The position numbers and the translations under genes are program-made. Under the pieces are notes generated by a model. The model was not told the origin of the DNA. It searched no databases and saw only the letters and a program-made list of their open reading frames with translations. Shown here in pieces: positions 36,069 to 44,506 of a DNA stretch of 64,000 bases; the stretch's first letter is position 1; each line of letters starts with the position of its first letter. Source of the DNA: a virus (taxonomy: Duplodnaviria; Caudoviricetes); IMG/VR virus record IMGVR_UViG_2974625740_000001, positions 19,220 to 83,219 of that record, one strand, 5' to 3'.

Positions 36069-37442
36069 GTGCAAACCGAACTCGACCGATACACCACCCC
36101 CCAGATGGACACCATCTGGTCACCGGACTGGAAGCTCCGGCGGTGGGCCGAGATCGAGCTGGCCGCTGCGGAGGCCCTCGGTGCCCCCTCGGAGGCCCTC
36201 GCGCAGATCAGCCGGGCATCGGTCCCGTCGGCGCAGGCCGTGGCCACGGAGGAGGCCACGACGCGCCACGACGTGATCGCCTTCCTGAACCTCTGGCGCA
36301 CGGGCATGGGCCCGGAGGGTCGGGCCTGGTCGCACAAGGGCCTGACCAGCTCGGACGTCGTCGACACCGCGAACGCCCTCCGCATGAAGGCCAGCACCGA
36401 CGCCATCCGCGTGAACCTGGGTCGGCTGTCCAAGGCGGTCGGCCAGAACGCCCTCCTGTACAAGGACGCGGTCCGGGTCGGTCGCACCCACGGTCAACAC
36501 GCGGAGGTCACAACGTGGGGGTGGCGGCTGGCCGTTTCGTTCTACGACCTTCAGCGCGCCGAGCGGCGGCTGTCGATGCTGGCCGAGCTGTACGAGGTCG
36601 GCAAGCTGTCGGGACCGGTCGGCGACTACAAGTCGATGACCCCGGCGGCTGAGCTGACCGCGCTTCAGGGCCTGGGCCTGCGACCGGCCGGAGCCACCAC
36701 CCAGGTGGTCACCCGGGACGTCTACGTCGACTACCTGCACGCTCTCGCGCAGATCGCCAACGTGGTCGAGTCGCTGGCGCTGGAGATCCGGCTGTCCTCG
36801 CGGTCCGAGGTCGCCGAGATGCGCGAGGGCTTCAGCTCCGGCCAACGCGGTTCGTCGGCGATGCCGCACAAGCGGAACCCGATCGGGTCGGAACAGCTCT
36901 GCGGACTCGCCCGGCTGGTGCGGGCTCAGGTGGAACCGGTCGCGCAGGGGGTGGCGTTGCACCACGAGCGCGACATCTCGCACTCGTCGGTCGAGCGGGT
37001 CGCGTTGTCCACCGCCAGCCGCGTGGTCGACTACATGCTCGAAACCGCCACCGCCCTCGTTAACAACCTGCGGGTCGACGTCGACCGGATGCGCGCGAAC
37101 GTGGTCGATAACCCGAGCCTGCTCAGCTCGCTGATCAAGAACGCGCTGACCGAGCAGCACAACATCGACCCGCACTGGGCGTACGAGGTCGTGTTCTACG
37201 GGTTCGAGGACTGGGGTCGGCCGGACCACGGCGGGTTCGACACGCTGGCCGACGCCCTGGCCGACGCGTGGTACCGGCTGGCCGAGACGCAGCACCTCGA
37301 CGCGCACGTCCCGGGCCTCGACTTCGAGGACCTGGTGGCCATCGGGGACGACATCACGACGCTGACCGGCGGGACTGACCCCGTGTTCAAGGAGATCGAG
37401 TTCCTGATCAGCGACCAGAAGGGCGACCCGTCCGCCTGGTGA
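36069..37442 (+). CDS. purB: adenylosuccinate lyase
   Basis: TRHDV, HKGLTSSDVVD, GRTHGQHA, GSSAMPHKRNP fumarate-lyase signature, HERDISHSSVER. Confidence 0.92.
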   Translation: MQTELDRYTTPQMDTIWSPDWKLRRWAEIELAAAEALGAPSEALAQISRASVPSAQAVATEEATTRHDVIAFLNLWRTGMGPEGRAWSHKGLTSSDVVDTANALRMKASTDAIRVNLGRLSKAVGQNALLYKDAVRVGRTHGQHAEVTTWGWRLAVSFYDLQRAERRLSMLAELYEVGKLSGPVGDYKSMTPAAELTALQGLGLRPAGATTQVVTRDVYVDYLHALAQIANVVESLALEIRLSSRSEVAEMREGFSSGQRGSSAMPHKRNPIGSEQLCGLARLVRAQVEPVAQGVALHHERDISHSSVERVALSTASRVVDYMLETATALVNNLRVDVDRMRANVVDNPSLLSSLIKNALTEQHNIDPHWAYEVVFYGFEDWGRPDHGGFDTLADALADAWYRLAETQHLDAHVPGLDFEDLVAIGDDITTLTGGTDPVFKEIEFLISDQKGDPSAW

Positions 37443-37455
37443 CCCCCGAACACAG

Positions 37456-37490
37456 CGGAACCCCCCGCCACTCCCCGGCGGGGGGTTCCG
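37456..37490. terminator. bidirectional stem-loop
   Basis: cggaaccccccgcc / ggcggggggttccg between convergent genes. Confidence 0.7.
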
Positions 37491-37497
37491 TGTTGTC

Positions 37498-37797
37498 TCA
37501 GCCCTGCGAGCACCAGATCGACTCCTGCCAGCGGTCGAAGTCCGCGCTGAGTGCCGCCGCGCGACGCTCGTCCTCCTCGCACTCCCACCGGTACCGGTCG
37601 TTGGTCTCCAGGAACCGCTCGTACCCGACCTCGGCCGCGATTTCGGCCTCGGCGTCGAGCCGCTCCTGTTCCCACTGGGCGGCCAGCGCGCGGGTCGGGG
37701 CGGTGTCCCCGTCCAGCTCCCAGACGAAGTAGCTGGGGCCGGTGAAACCGTCCGCCATCCGAGCTTCGCCGACCTTGCCACGGTTGAAAGCTGCCAT
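37498..37797 (-). CDS. acidic hypothetical protein
   Basis: RBS GAGGGAG; has its own class I promoter. Confidence 0.7.
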   Translation of the reverse strand: MAAFNRGKVGEARMADGFTGPSYFVWELDGDTAPTRALAAQWEQERLDAEAEIAAEVGYERFLETNDRYRWECEEDERRAAALSADFDRWQESIWCSQG

Positions 37798-37856
37798 GGT
37801 CTTGGCTCCCTCTTGAGTTGTGGGGGCGGTGTTGCCCCCGCCGTCGTTCTAATTCA

Positions 37857-37885
37857 ATTAAATCACGGCCTTGTCGACCGCGCAA
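37857..37885 (-). promoter_or_regulatory. dyad promoter, class I
   Basis: TTGCGC-N17-TTTAAT-TGAATTA. Confidence 0.75.
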
Positions 37886-37921
37886 GTCCCCTCCGTCGTA
37901 ACGTTATCGCTGGGGCTGGAC

Positions 37922-37950
37922 TTGCGCCCGGAGCAAGCCTGTGATTTACT
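37922..37950 (+). promoter_or_regulatory. dyad promoter, class I
   Basis: TTGCGC-N17-TTTACT. Confidence 0.75.
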
Positions 37951-37992
37951 GGGGTTGTGGCCGGACGCACCGGCCCGGACAGGAGCCAGCAC

Positions 37993-38361
37993 ATGATCAC
38001 GGACCAGCAGCCCACCAAGGTCGGCCAGCGGGTGGCGGACATCTTCGCGGACACGCGGGGCACCATCACCTATCTCAACGAGAACAACGAGGCTCACGTC
38101 GACTGGGACGAGAAGCCGGTCGGCAACGAGGACGAGGTTTTCCCGCTCGACGCGCTGCGCGTGGTTCAGCAGATCCAGATCGACGCCGACTGGTACGAGG
38201 ACCCCGCGCTGCACCCGATCGTCGAGGTCAGCTACACCCCCGAGGACGGCGTCACCAACTACGTGGTGAACACGCCGACCATCGGTCAGCACACCCTCCG
38301 GGGGATCGACCAGATCAGGCTCTACCTGCTCGGATACCACCTGGTGCCGAACAAGCGCTAG
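37993..38361 (+). CDS. hypothetical protein
   Basis: RBS AGGAG. Confidence 0.7.
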   Translation: MITDQQPTKVGQRVADIFADTRGTITYLNENNEAHVDWDEKPVGNEDEVFPLDALRVVQQIQIDADWYEDPALHPIVEVSYTPEDGVTNYVVNTPTIGQHTLRGIDQIRLYLLGYHLVPNKR

Positions 38362-38514
38362 AGCACCCGGGCGGGGGTGCCCCCCACCACCCCCGCCGTG
38401 GGCTCCCGTGGGGTCTCCCGGGCCCTGGGGGGCGTGCGCCGGTACTCGTGGCCGGTAGCGTGCTCCCAGGGTTCCGGAGGGGCCACGGAAGGCTCCGAGA
38501 CAGGAGGCAGTAAC

Positions 38515-38742
38515 GTGATCTTGATTCTAGTCGGCTCGGCCGTTGTGTGGGCCCTGGTGACGACGTCGACCGGCGGTAACTGGCAGGCCGGTTTGGTCGT
38601 CGCGGGGGTGGTGTTCTGCACGACGATGGGCGGCATGCGACGTCGGCGCGAGGAGCTGCACCGCGAGGAGCGCGCCCAGGCCGCACGCGAGGTGATGGAC
38701 GCCCTGTACGCGCCGGAGCCGCGCCGGAGGTGGTTCCGATGA
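38515..38742 (+). CDS. membrane protein
   Basis: RBS AGGAGG; 2 TM. Confidence 0.6.
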   Translation: MILILVGSAVVWALVTTSTGGNWQAGLVVAGVVFCTTMGGMRRRREELHREERAQAAREVMDALYAPEPRRRWFR

Positions 38743-38912
38743 GGATGCCGCCGAAGGGGTCGATCGAACGCCACCTGCTGTGGGCGATGATCGTTACCGG
38801 GGGCGTGTTCGCCCTGCTGCTGCCGCTGGTCGGTTCGCTTTACGCGTTCGGGTCGGCTGCTGCCGCGTTCATCCTGTACTGGGTCACCGTGTTCTCCCTC
38901 GGGGGACGCTGA
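38739..38912 (+). CDS. membrane protein
   Basis: ATGA overlap; 2 TM. Confidence 0.55.
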   Translation: MRMPPKGSIERHLLWAMIVTGGVFALLLPLVGSLYAFGSAAAAFILYWVTVFSLGGR

Positions 38913-38923
38913 CCTGAACAAGC

Positions 38924-38962
38924 CCGAGGGCCCGGACCGATTCACGCGGTCCGGGCCCTCGG
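38924..38962. terminator. bidirectional stem-loop
   Basis: ccgagggcccggaccg / cggtccgggccctcgg. Confidence 0.7.
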
Positions 38963-38974
38963 TGTGTCACCCCC

Positions 38975-39076
38975 TCAGAACCCCAGCGAATTTGCCGGGA
39001 GCAGCATGAGCAGAACGAACGCCCCGAGCAGGCAGGTCAGCCCGATGAACAGCATCCAGGGCGACGGCTCTTTCAT
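38975..39076 (-). CDS. 33-aa single-TM peptide
   Basis: MKEPSPWMLFIGLTCLLGAFVLLMLLPANSLGF; RBS GAAGGAG; own promoter. Confidence 0.65.
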   Translation of the reverse strand: MKEPSPWMLFIGLTCLLGAFVLLMLLPANSLGF

Positions 39077-39123
39077 TTTGGTGCTCCTTCCGGCGGGGAG
39101 GTCCGTCCTCCCCGCTAATTTCA

Positions 39124-39152
39124 ATTAAATCACAACCTTGCGTTCAACGCAA
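39124..39152 (-). promoter_or_regulatory. dyad promoter, class I
   Basis: TTGCGT-N17-TTTAAT. Confidence 0.75.
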
Positions 39153-39189
39153 GTCAAAGCGGGTGATCTGCGTCACATGACCTGGCTAC

Positions 39190-39218
39190 TTGCGCTGCGG
39201 ACAAGCCGGTGCTTTACT
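39190..39218 (+). promoter_or_regulatory. dyad promoter, class I
   Basis: TTGCGC-N17-TTTACT. Confidence 0.75.
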
Positions 39219-39265
39219 GGTAATAGACAGGGCGGGACACCGCCCCGGAGCCAGCAGGAGGAACC

Positions 39266-39454
39266 ATGGCGTTCGACTCGATCAAGGCCGGTCTGAAGGT
39301 CATCACCCGCATCGGTGGCAAGGCCGGAGCGATCCACTCGATCACCCGCCACCCCGTGACCCGTTCGGTCCTCGCGGTGATCATCGCCCCCGAGGGCGTC
39401 ATCGACCCGAACGACTTCATCGTCACCTCGGCCCGGAACCTTCGCACCGCCTGA
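39266..39454 (+). CDS. hypothetical protein
   Basis: RBS AGGAGG. Confidence 0.65.
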   Translation: MAFDSIKAGLKVITRIGGKAGAIHSITRHPVTRSVLAVIIAPEGVIDPNDFIVTSARNLRTA

Positions 39455-39548
39455 CCCCTGGGGTGCACGTCGGCCGTCACTTCCGCACTGGCGGGGGTGG
39501 CGGCCATTCGGGGTGAAAGCACACCGCGATAAACGGGAGATAAACGCC

Positions 39549-39875
39549 ATGGACGACGCCACCCGCCACCGCTACTACGTCGAGTCGACATACGCCCTGG
39601 GCATGCTGGCCACGGACCCGGTCGGCCTGCTGACCGAACGCGGCATCAAGGGCCAGCGATCCAACCGCGACGACTGCATCGTGAGGATGCTCAACGCGGA
39701 GGTCCCGCCCCCGGAGGGTTACCGGTGGCTGTCGAACAAGGACCACGTCCGGCTGCAGCTCACCGCTGACCTGGAGTCGGTGCTGATCGTCTTCACGCCG
39801 GACCCGCTGCGTGACTTCGGCGAGAAGTTTGACAAGGGACGGTACCCGGAGCTGCTCGACGAAGAACTTGCGTAA
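39549..39875 (+). CDS. hypothetical protein
   Basis: RBS GGGAG. Confidence 0.6.
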   Translation: MDDATRHRYYVESTYALGMLATDPVGLLTERGIKGQRSNRDDCIVRMLNAEVPPPEGYRWLSNKDHVRLQLTADLESVLIVFTPDPLRDFGEKFDKGRYPELLDEELA

Positions 39876-39897
39876 CCCGCAAGCCCTGTGCTTTAAT
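39868..39897 (+). promoter_or_regulatory. dyad promoter, class I
   Basis: TTGCGT-N18-TTTAAT. Confidence 0.75.
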
Positions 39898-39947
39898 TGA
39901 GGTATCGGGGCGGGAACAACCCGCCCCCCACTCCTAAGGAGCCGACC

Positions 39948-40412
39948 ATGGCGACCTTCTTCCACCGCACCGACACCTTCAACGGTCGCGTCGTCACCGA
40001 GGGCCCCCGGGTCTACACGGTGTTCACCGACGGCGCGTTCCTGGGGTGGGTCTCCGGGGGCGAGCGCTCGTTCCGCTTTTTCCCCGAGGGCGGTTTCGAG
40101 TGGGGGCCGTCCGCCACCACCCGCGCGAAGGCGGTCGACGCCTACTACGCCCGGAAGGCGAAGGAGGAGGCCGCGCGTGCCTGGCGTTCGCAGCAGGTCC
40201 CGGTTTCGACGTACACCGTGCGTCTGACGGTCGAGAACCTGGCCGACGAACTGCCCAACCTGGTCGGCTGCCTGCTCGACGGAGCCGAGGACCTGGGCGA
40301 GGTCGTGAACGTTCGGGTCACCCGGGACGGATACGAGAACGCCATGATCGTCGGCACCAACGGGCGCGACATCCTCGGCCTGCCCTCCCAGGTCACCGCG
40401 TACAAGCTGTGA
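39948..40412 (+). CDS. hypothetical protein
   Basis: RBS AAGGAG; own promoter and hairpin. Confidence 0.7.
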   Translation: MATFFHRTDTFNGRVVTEGPRVYTVFTDGAFLGWVSGGERSFRFFPEGGFEWGPSATTRAKAVDAYYARKAKEEAARAWRSQQVPVSTYTVRLTVENLADELPNLVGCLLDGAEDLGEVVNVRVTRDGYENAMIVGTNGRDILGLPSQVTAYKL

Positions 40413-40417
40413 CCCCC

Positions 40418-40454
40418 CGCAGGAACCCCGCCACCCCCCGGCGGGGTTCCTGCG
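40418..40454 (+). terminator. stem-loop terminator
   Basis: cgcaggaaccccgcc / ggcggggttcctgcg, followed by tgtcc. Confidence 0.65.
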
Positions 40455-40464
40455 TGTCCGGTAC

Positions 40465-40494
40465 TTGCGCGGTGAGCAAGCCGTGTGATTTACT
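40465..40494 (+). promoter_or_regulatory. dyad promoter, class I
   Basis: TTGCGC-N18-TTTACT. Confidence 0.75.
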
Positions 40495-40531
40495 GGTTGT
40501 AGAACGAGGACGGAACACACCGGAGGTTACG

Positions 40532-40888
40532 ATGCGCAAGGCAACCGCGAACACGCTGGTTCACCTGCTGGGGGCCATGGCCGCCGGTCGCTCCGTGACC
40601 ATTCGGTACGTCAAGGAAAACGGCGAGGTCAGCCGACGCCGGATCGACATCTACTCGGTCCAGGTCACCAAGGCCGGTAACGTCACGCTCACCACGTGGG
40701 ACCATCGGGACCAGGAGCTGACCACGTTCCGCCTGGACCGCATCACGCATTACACCCTGCACCGGTCGGCGAAGCTCACCGCTTACGCGCGGCCGGTCGT
40801 CCCCTGCGACGACCCGATCATCGACGCCGACACCGACGAGGTTGTCGGGTTCAGCGCGTGGGACGACGCTTACAAGCTGACCGCCTGA
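40532..40888 (+). CDS. stand-alone WYL-domain protein
   Basis: AMAAGRSVTIRY....SRRRIDIY......LTTWDHRDQELTTFRLDRI. Confidence 0.8.
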   Translation: MRKATANTLVHLLGAMAAGRSVTIRYVKENGEVSRRRIDIYSVQVTKAGNVTLTTWDHRDQELTTFRLDRITHYTLHRSAKLTAYARPVVPCDDPIIDADTDEVVGFSAWDDAYKLTA

Positions 40889-40897
40889 GGAGGGCCC

Positions 40898-41137
40898 GTG
40901 AACCAGGACTACCACCCGAACTCGGTGCATCACCCGGACAACGTCCGCCGAGCCAAGATCGAGGCGGACCACCTGGAGGCCCTGGCCGAGCACGTCCGGC
41001 GCGAGGTGATGGCCCTGGTCGACTCGTACGGGTTCGACATCGAGATCGACCACTGGGGCACCGAACAGGTCATGTTGCGGCACAGGACGCCGCGAGGTGG
41101 CTACGACTACGAGATCCCGCTGGGGGAATCATGCTGA
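40898..41137 (+). CDS. hypothetical protein
   Basis: RBS GAGGAGG. Confidence 0.6.
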   Translation: MNQDYHPNSVHHPDNVRRAKIEADHLEALAEHVRREVMALVDSYGFDIEIDHWGTEQVMLRHRTPRGGYDYEIPLGESC

Positions 41138-41577
41138 GCAAGGTTGCACGAAACGACGTCGTCCGCGTCACCCGGACCGGCGAGGTCGGTCTGGTGAAGG
41201 GGTGGGCCGACCACGAGAAGATCGACGAGAACGGCACGATCGTCGACGTCGAGCTGAGCCTGGGCAAGACCGTTCAGGCGAACGGGCTGGCGCTGGAGTT
41301 CGTCGCCGACGCCAAGCCGAAGTTCAGCAAGGCCAAGAGTGCGTGGGTCCTGCTGGCCGCCCTCATCGCCCTGTCGAACGGCGTGTGGGTCGGGATCGAC
41401 CTCACCTCGCGCTACGGGATGACCTGGTGGGCGTCGTTCTCGCTGGCGGTCGGCTCGACCATGCTGGTGTGGAAGGCCCTGTACCTGCTGACCATCCGAC
41501 CGCGCAAGACGTCGATCCGTCTGCCTCGCAAGCAGGTTCCGCACCCGTCGGTCGGTCGGCCATCTGTCCACAAGTAA
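41131..41577 (+). CDS. SH3-like domain plus 2 TM membrane protein
   Basis: VARNDVVRV..TGEVGLV; hydrophobic C-terminal half. Confidence 0.6.
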   Translation: MLSKVARNDVVRVTRTGEVGLVKGWADHEKIDENGTIVDVELSLGKTVQANGLALEFVADAKPKFSKAKSAWVLLAALIALSNGVWVGIDLTSRYGMTWWASFSLAVGSTMLVWKALYLLTIRPRKTSIRLPRKQVPHPSVGRPSVHK

Positions 41578-41639
41578 AACCACCGCGCGGGGGTGGCGGC
41601 TTCGGTCGCTGCCCTCGCGCCGACGTGTTTGGAGACACG

Positions 41640-41885
41640 GTGAGCAAGAAGGTGTACAAGGTCAAGTTCCTGGGCGGCGTCGACGCGTTCGAGCCCGAGC
41701 AGCTCAGCGAGGCCGTCCGTGCGGCTGCGGGGGCCCTCGCGGACCCCAGCACGCCCGAGGTGACCGACGACGAGCGCGAGGCCCTCCGAGACGTCTTCGG
41801 AGCCCTCGGGCTGGTGCGCCCGTGCGACCCCGGCACCCAGATGGGTGGCCGGACGCTGTCCGACCTCAGGCCCGTGAGCGACTGA
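41640..41885 (+). CDS. hypothetical protein
   Basis: GTG with RBS GGAG. Confidence 0.55.
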   Translation: MSKKVYKVKFLGGVDAFEPEQLSEAVRAAAGALADPSTPEVTDDEREALRDVFGALGLVRPCDPGTQMGGRTLSDLRPVSD

Positions 41886-41953
41886 CTTGCGCCGAGCGCG
41901 CGGGTGTGGTTAGATTGCTCCTGCGCCGCTTCCACTTACCGGACCCAGGGGAC

Positions 41954-41983
41954 TTGACCCCGGAGCAAGGGCCATGGTACAAT
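41954..41983 (+). promoter_or_regulatory. dyad promoter, class II
   Basis: TTGACC-N18-TACAAT, TTG-N9-CAA. Confidence 0.75.
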
Positions 41984-42029
41984 GGAACCACGACAGAGCA
42001 CGAAGTCCCCTTTTCTGGAGGTAAGCATC

Positions 42030-42701
42030 ATGAGCGAGACCGCAGTCGAGACGCCCGAGGTCGAGGCCGAGGCCGTCGAGGAGAAGCCGAAGCGCGAGAA
42101 GAAGGTCGTCGTCGCGACCCCCTGCGCCTGCCAGTTCTACACCGGCAAGGACAAGAGCGGGAACGACCTGTCGACCGGCTGCAACGGCGAGAACGTCCGG
42201 ACCTTCCTGCCGGGTCACGACGCCAAGCTCAAGTCGCTCCTGATCCAGGTCGGCGTCGCGGGTGGCCAGGTCACCAAGGCCACGGACGACGAGGACGTCC
42301 TGATGGACCCGCTGCACGCGGCCGAGGAGTACGGGTTCCGCAACCTCGTCGAGCAGTCCATCGACAAGGCCAAGGTCAAGGAGGAGGCTCGCGCGGCCAA
42401 GGCCCAGGAGCGCGCCGACGCCAAGGCCAAGAAGGAGCAGGAGAAGGCCGCCGCGAAGGCCAAGCGCGAGCAGGCCGCCAAGGCGAAGAAGGCGCACGCC
42501 GAGGCCGTCGCCAAGGCCGCCGAGGACGCCAAGGGCAAGCCGGGTCCGGCCAAGGCCAAGGTCGGCCGCACCACGGTCGAGGGCGAGATCCTCGCCGACG
42601 GAACGTTCAAGTACAAGAAGGGCGACGAGGACGTCGAGACCACGAACTACACCGTGGTGATCGACCCGGCGTCCGTCCCGGTTCCCGACGTCGAGGCCTG
42701 A
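42030..42701 (+). CDS. PGHD-family paralog
   Basis: TPCAC..STGC..TFLPGHDAKLK; Lys/Ala helix; AKVGRTTVEG C-domain. Confidence 0.75.
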   Translation: MSETAVETPEVEAEAVEEKPKREKKVVVATPCACQFYTGKDKSGNDLSTGCNGENVRTFLPGHDAKLKSLLIQVGVAGGQVTKATDDEDVLMDPLHAAEEYGFRNLVEQSIDKAKVKEEARAAKAQERADAKAKKEQEKAAAKAKREQAAKAKKAHAEAVAKAAEDAKGKPGPAKAKVGRTTVEGEILADGTFKYKKGDEDVETTNYTVVIDPASVPVPDVEA

Positions 42702-42793
42702 CCCGACCTGCGACGCGCGTAACAGCCCGACCCCGGGCCCTCTGCGGAGGGTGCCGGGGTCGACGCATGTCTGAGGTCAGCCGACCCGGGTAC

Positions 42794-42823
42794 TTGCGCC
42801 AGCCGCAAGTGCCATGATAAGAT
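42794..42823 (+). promoter_or_regulatory. dyad promoter, class II
   Basis: ACTTGCG-N5-CGCAAGT; TAAGAT. Confidence 0.75.
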
Positions 42824-42853
42824 GGTGGTACACCGAGGGAAGGAACCGCACCA

Positions 42854-43111
42854 ATGGCGACCGAGAGCTGGAAGATCACCACGAGCCGGAACGCGAACGG
42901 CGACCTGCCGAAGGTCAACGACCGGATCGAGGTCGACGGAATCCCGGCGGACGTGATCCAGGTCCACACGTTTCACGGCATCCAGTACCAGATCCTGATT
43001 CCGGGCCTCGTGGTCGACGGGAAGCAGCAGTTCATCACCGACTGGATCCCGTGGGAGATCGTCCTGGACCTGCGCAAGGTCGAGCCTACCGACGAGGTCA
43101 TCAACCTCTGA
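42854..43111 (+). CDS. hypothetical protein
   Basis: RBS AAGGA. Confidence 0.65.
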   Translation: MATESWKITTSRNANGDLPKVNDRIEVDGIPADVIQVHTFHGIQYQILIPGLVVDGKQQFITDWIPWEIVLDLRKVEPTDEVINL

Positions 43112-43198
43112 GACTCCCCGGGGGTCGGCGGACTGAGACGCCACCGGCCCCCGGGTGAACCTCCTTCCTTTCAACCCATCAAACCCCCAGGGGGAACC

Positions 43199-43714
43199 AT
43201 GAACCGCAAGACATCGGCCGCAGTCGCCGGAACCGCCACCGCCCTGGTGCTCGGTCTCGTCGGCTGCGGTGGCTCGGGCGAACCGAGTACCGTGGACGGC
43301 CTGCGCGACGACTTCAAGACCAAGGCCGCTGTCGCCGAGGTCGCGCACTTCGAGACCAAGCCGAAGACCAAGCGCGTCTGCGCCGCGAAGAACAACAAGG
43401 GGACGTGCACCCGGTACGAGGACCGACCCAACGGCACGAAGCGCGTCAAGGTCGTCGACAAGCCGGGCAAGCCCGCGCTGTACTGCGTCGAGCTGGACGA
43501 CGTCAACGGCTCCAAGAGCGACGACGACGCCTGGTACACGGTCACGCTGGCGACGTACGCCAAGGTGTCCGGCCAGGACGAGGGCAGCAAGGTCAAGAAC
43601 ATGACGTTCCTGCACCCCGGTTGCGGCTCCGACAAGCAGCGGCCCCCGCACCCGGTAACCCGGGTCGGGGGCCGCTGCTTGTCGGAGCCGCAACCGGGGT
43701 GGTACCCTTGGTAG
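43199..43714 (+). CDS. lipoprotein
   Basis: MNRK...LVLGLVG-C lipobox; the 3' end runs through a long palindrome. Confidence 0.7.
   Translation: MNRKTSAAVAGTATALVLGLVGCGGSGEPSTVDGLRDDFKTKAAVAEVAHFETKPKTKRVCAAKNNKGTCTRYEDRPNGTKRVKVVDKPGKPALYCVELDDVNGSKSDDDAWYTVTLATYAKVSGQDEGSKVKNMTFLHPGCGSDKQRPPHPVTRVGGRCLSEPQPGWYPW
43613..43701. repeat. perfect 35-bp inverted repeat
   Basis: caccccggttgcggctccgacaagcagcggccccc at 43613-43647 and its exact reverse complement at 43667-43701. Confidence 0.95.
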
Positions 43715-43769
43715 ACCACGCCAGCCGCCGGGAGGTCCTCGGCGGTTTTGCGTATCTGGAGGCAGGGAC

Positions 43770-44489
43770 ATGTATCGACCAGGCAGCGCGGGTTATTCCG
43801 CGTTAAGGCAGGCGGTTCGCCTGTGGGTCAAGCACGCGAAGGACGCAGCAACCTGGTGCGGTTGCTCGTGGGCGGGTGGCGGTGTAGGCTTCGCCCTGGC
43901 CCCGGGAAGCCTCTCCGTGGTATCTCTCGTGGCCGGAGGAGCCGCCGGGGTCACTCTGGCCGTCTGGCGCTGGCGGAGGCCGTCCCAGTGGCGCTCGTGG
44001 CTTCAGGGCGCACGGGCCGAGTACCGCACCGGTCGCCAGCTCAACCGACTGAAGCGAGAGGGGTGGGGCGTTCTGCACGACCGACGCATACCGCGCTCGC
44101 GCGCCAACCTCGACCACGTCCTCGTGCACCCCTCGGGCGAGTTCCTGGTGTACGTCGACACGAAAGCCTGGCACGCCAAGAAGGCCATCGTTCGCGTTAA
44201 CCAAGGTCGCCTGATGTATGGGCCGTGGTCGCAGGCGCAGAAGGTCGAAACAGTCGCGTGGGAAGCGTCGAGGCTCCAGGAGCTGATCGGCCTGCCGACG
44301 TACGCGGTGATCGCCGTGGACGGCGGCAAGGTCAACGGAGGGACGTTGATCTTCAACGGCGTTCGAGTGACCGAGTCGGCCAGCCTGGTGGAGACGCTCG
44401 ACTCGTTCAGCTCTCGGCTGCTGCCCTGCCGGGACGTGGTCGACGGTGTCACCAGAAACATCCGGCGCGACTTCGCTGTCGCGCGCTAA
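43770..44489 (+). CDS. NERD-domain nuclease-like protein with an N-terminal membrane segment
   Basis: WGVLHDRRIPRSRANLDHVLVHPSG..YVDTK. Confidence 0.8.
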   Translation: MYRPGSAGYSALRQAVRLWVKHAKDAATWCGCSWAGGGVGFALAPGSLSVVSLVAGGAAGVTLAVWRWRRPSQWRSWLQGARAEYRTGRQLNRLKREGWGVLHDRRIPRSRANLDHVLVHPSGEFLVYVDTKAWHAKKAIVRVNQGRLMYGPWSQAQKVETVAWEASRLQELIGLPTYAVIAVDGGKVNGGTLIFNGVRVTESASLVETLDSFSSRLLPCRDVVDGVTRNIRRDFAVAR

Positions 44490-44506
44490 CTGAAACCGGA
44501 GCAACA

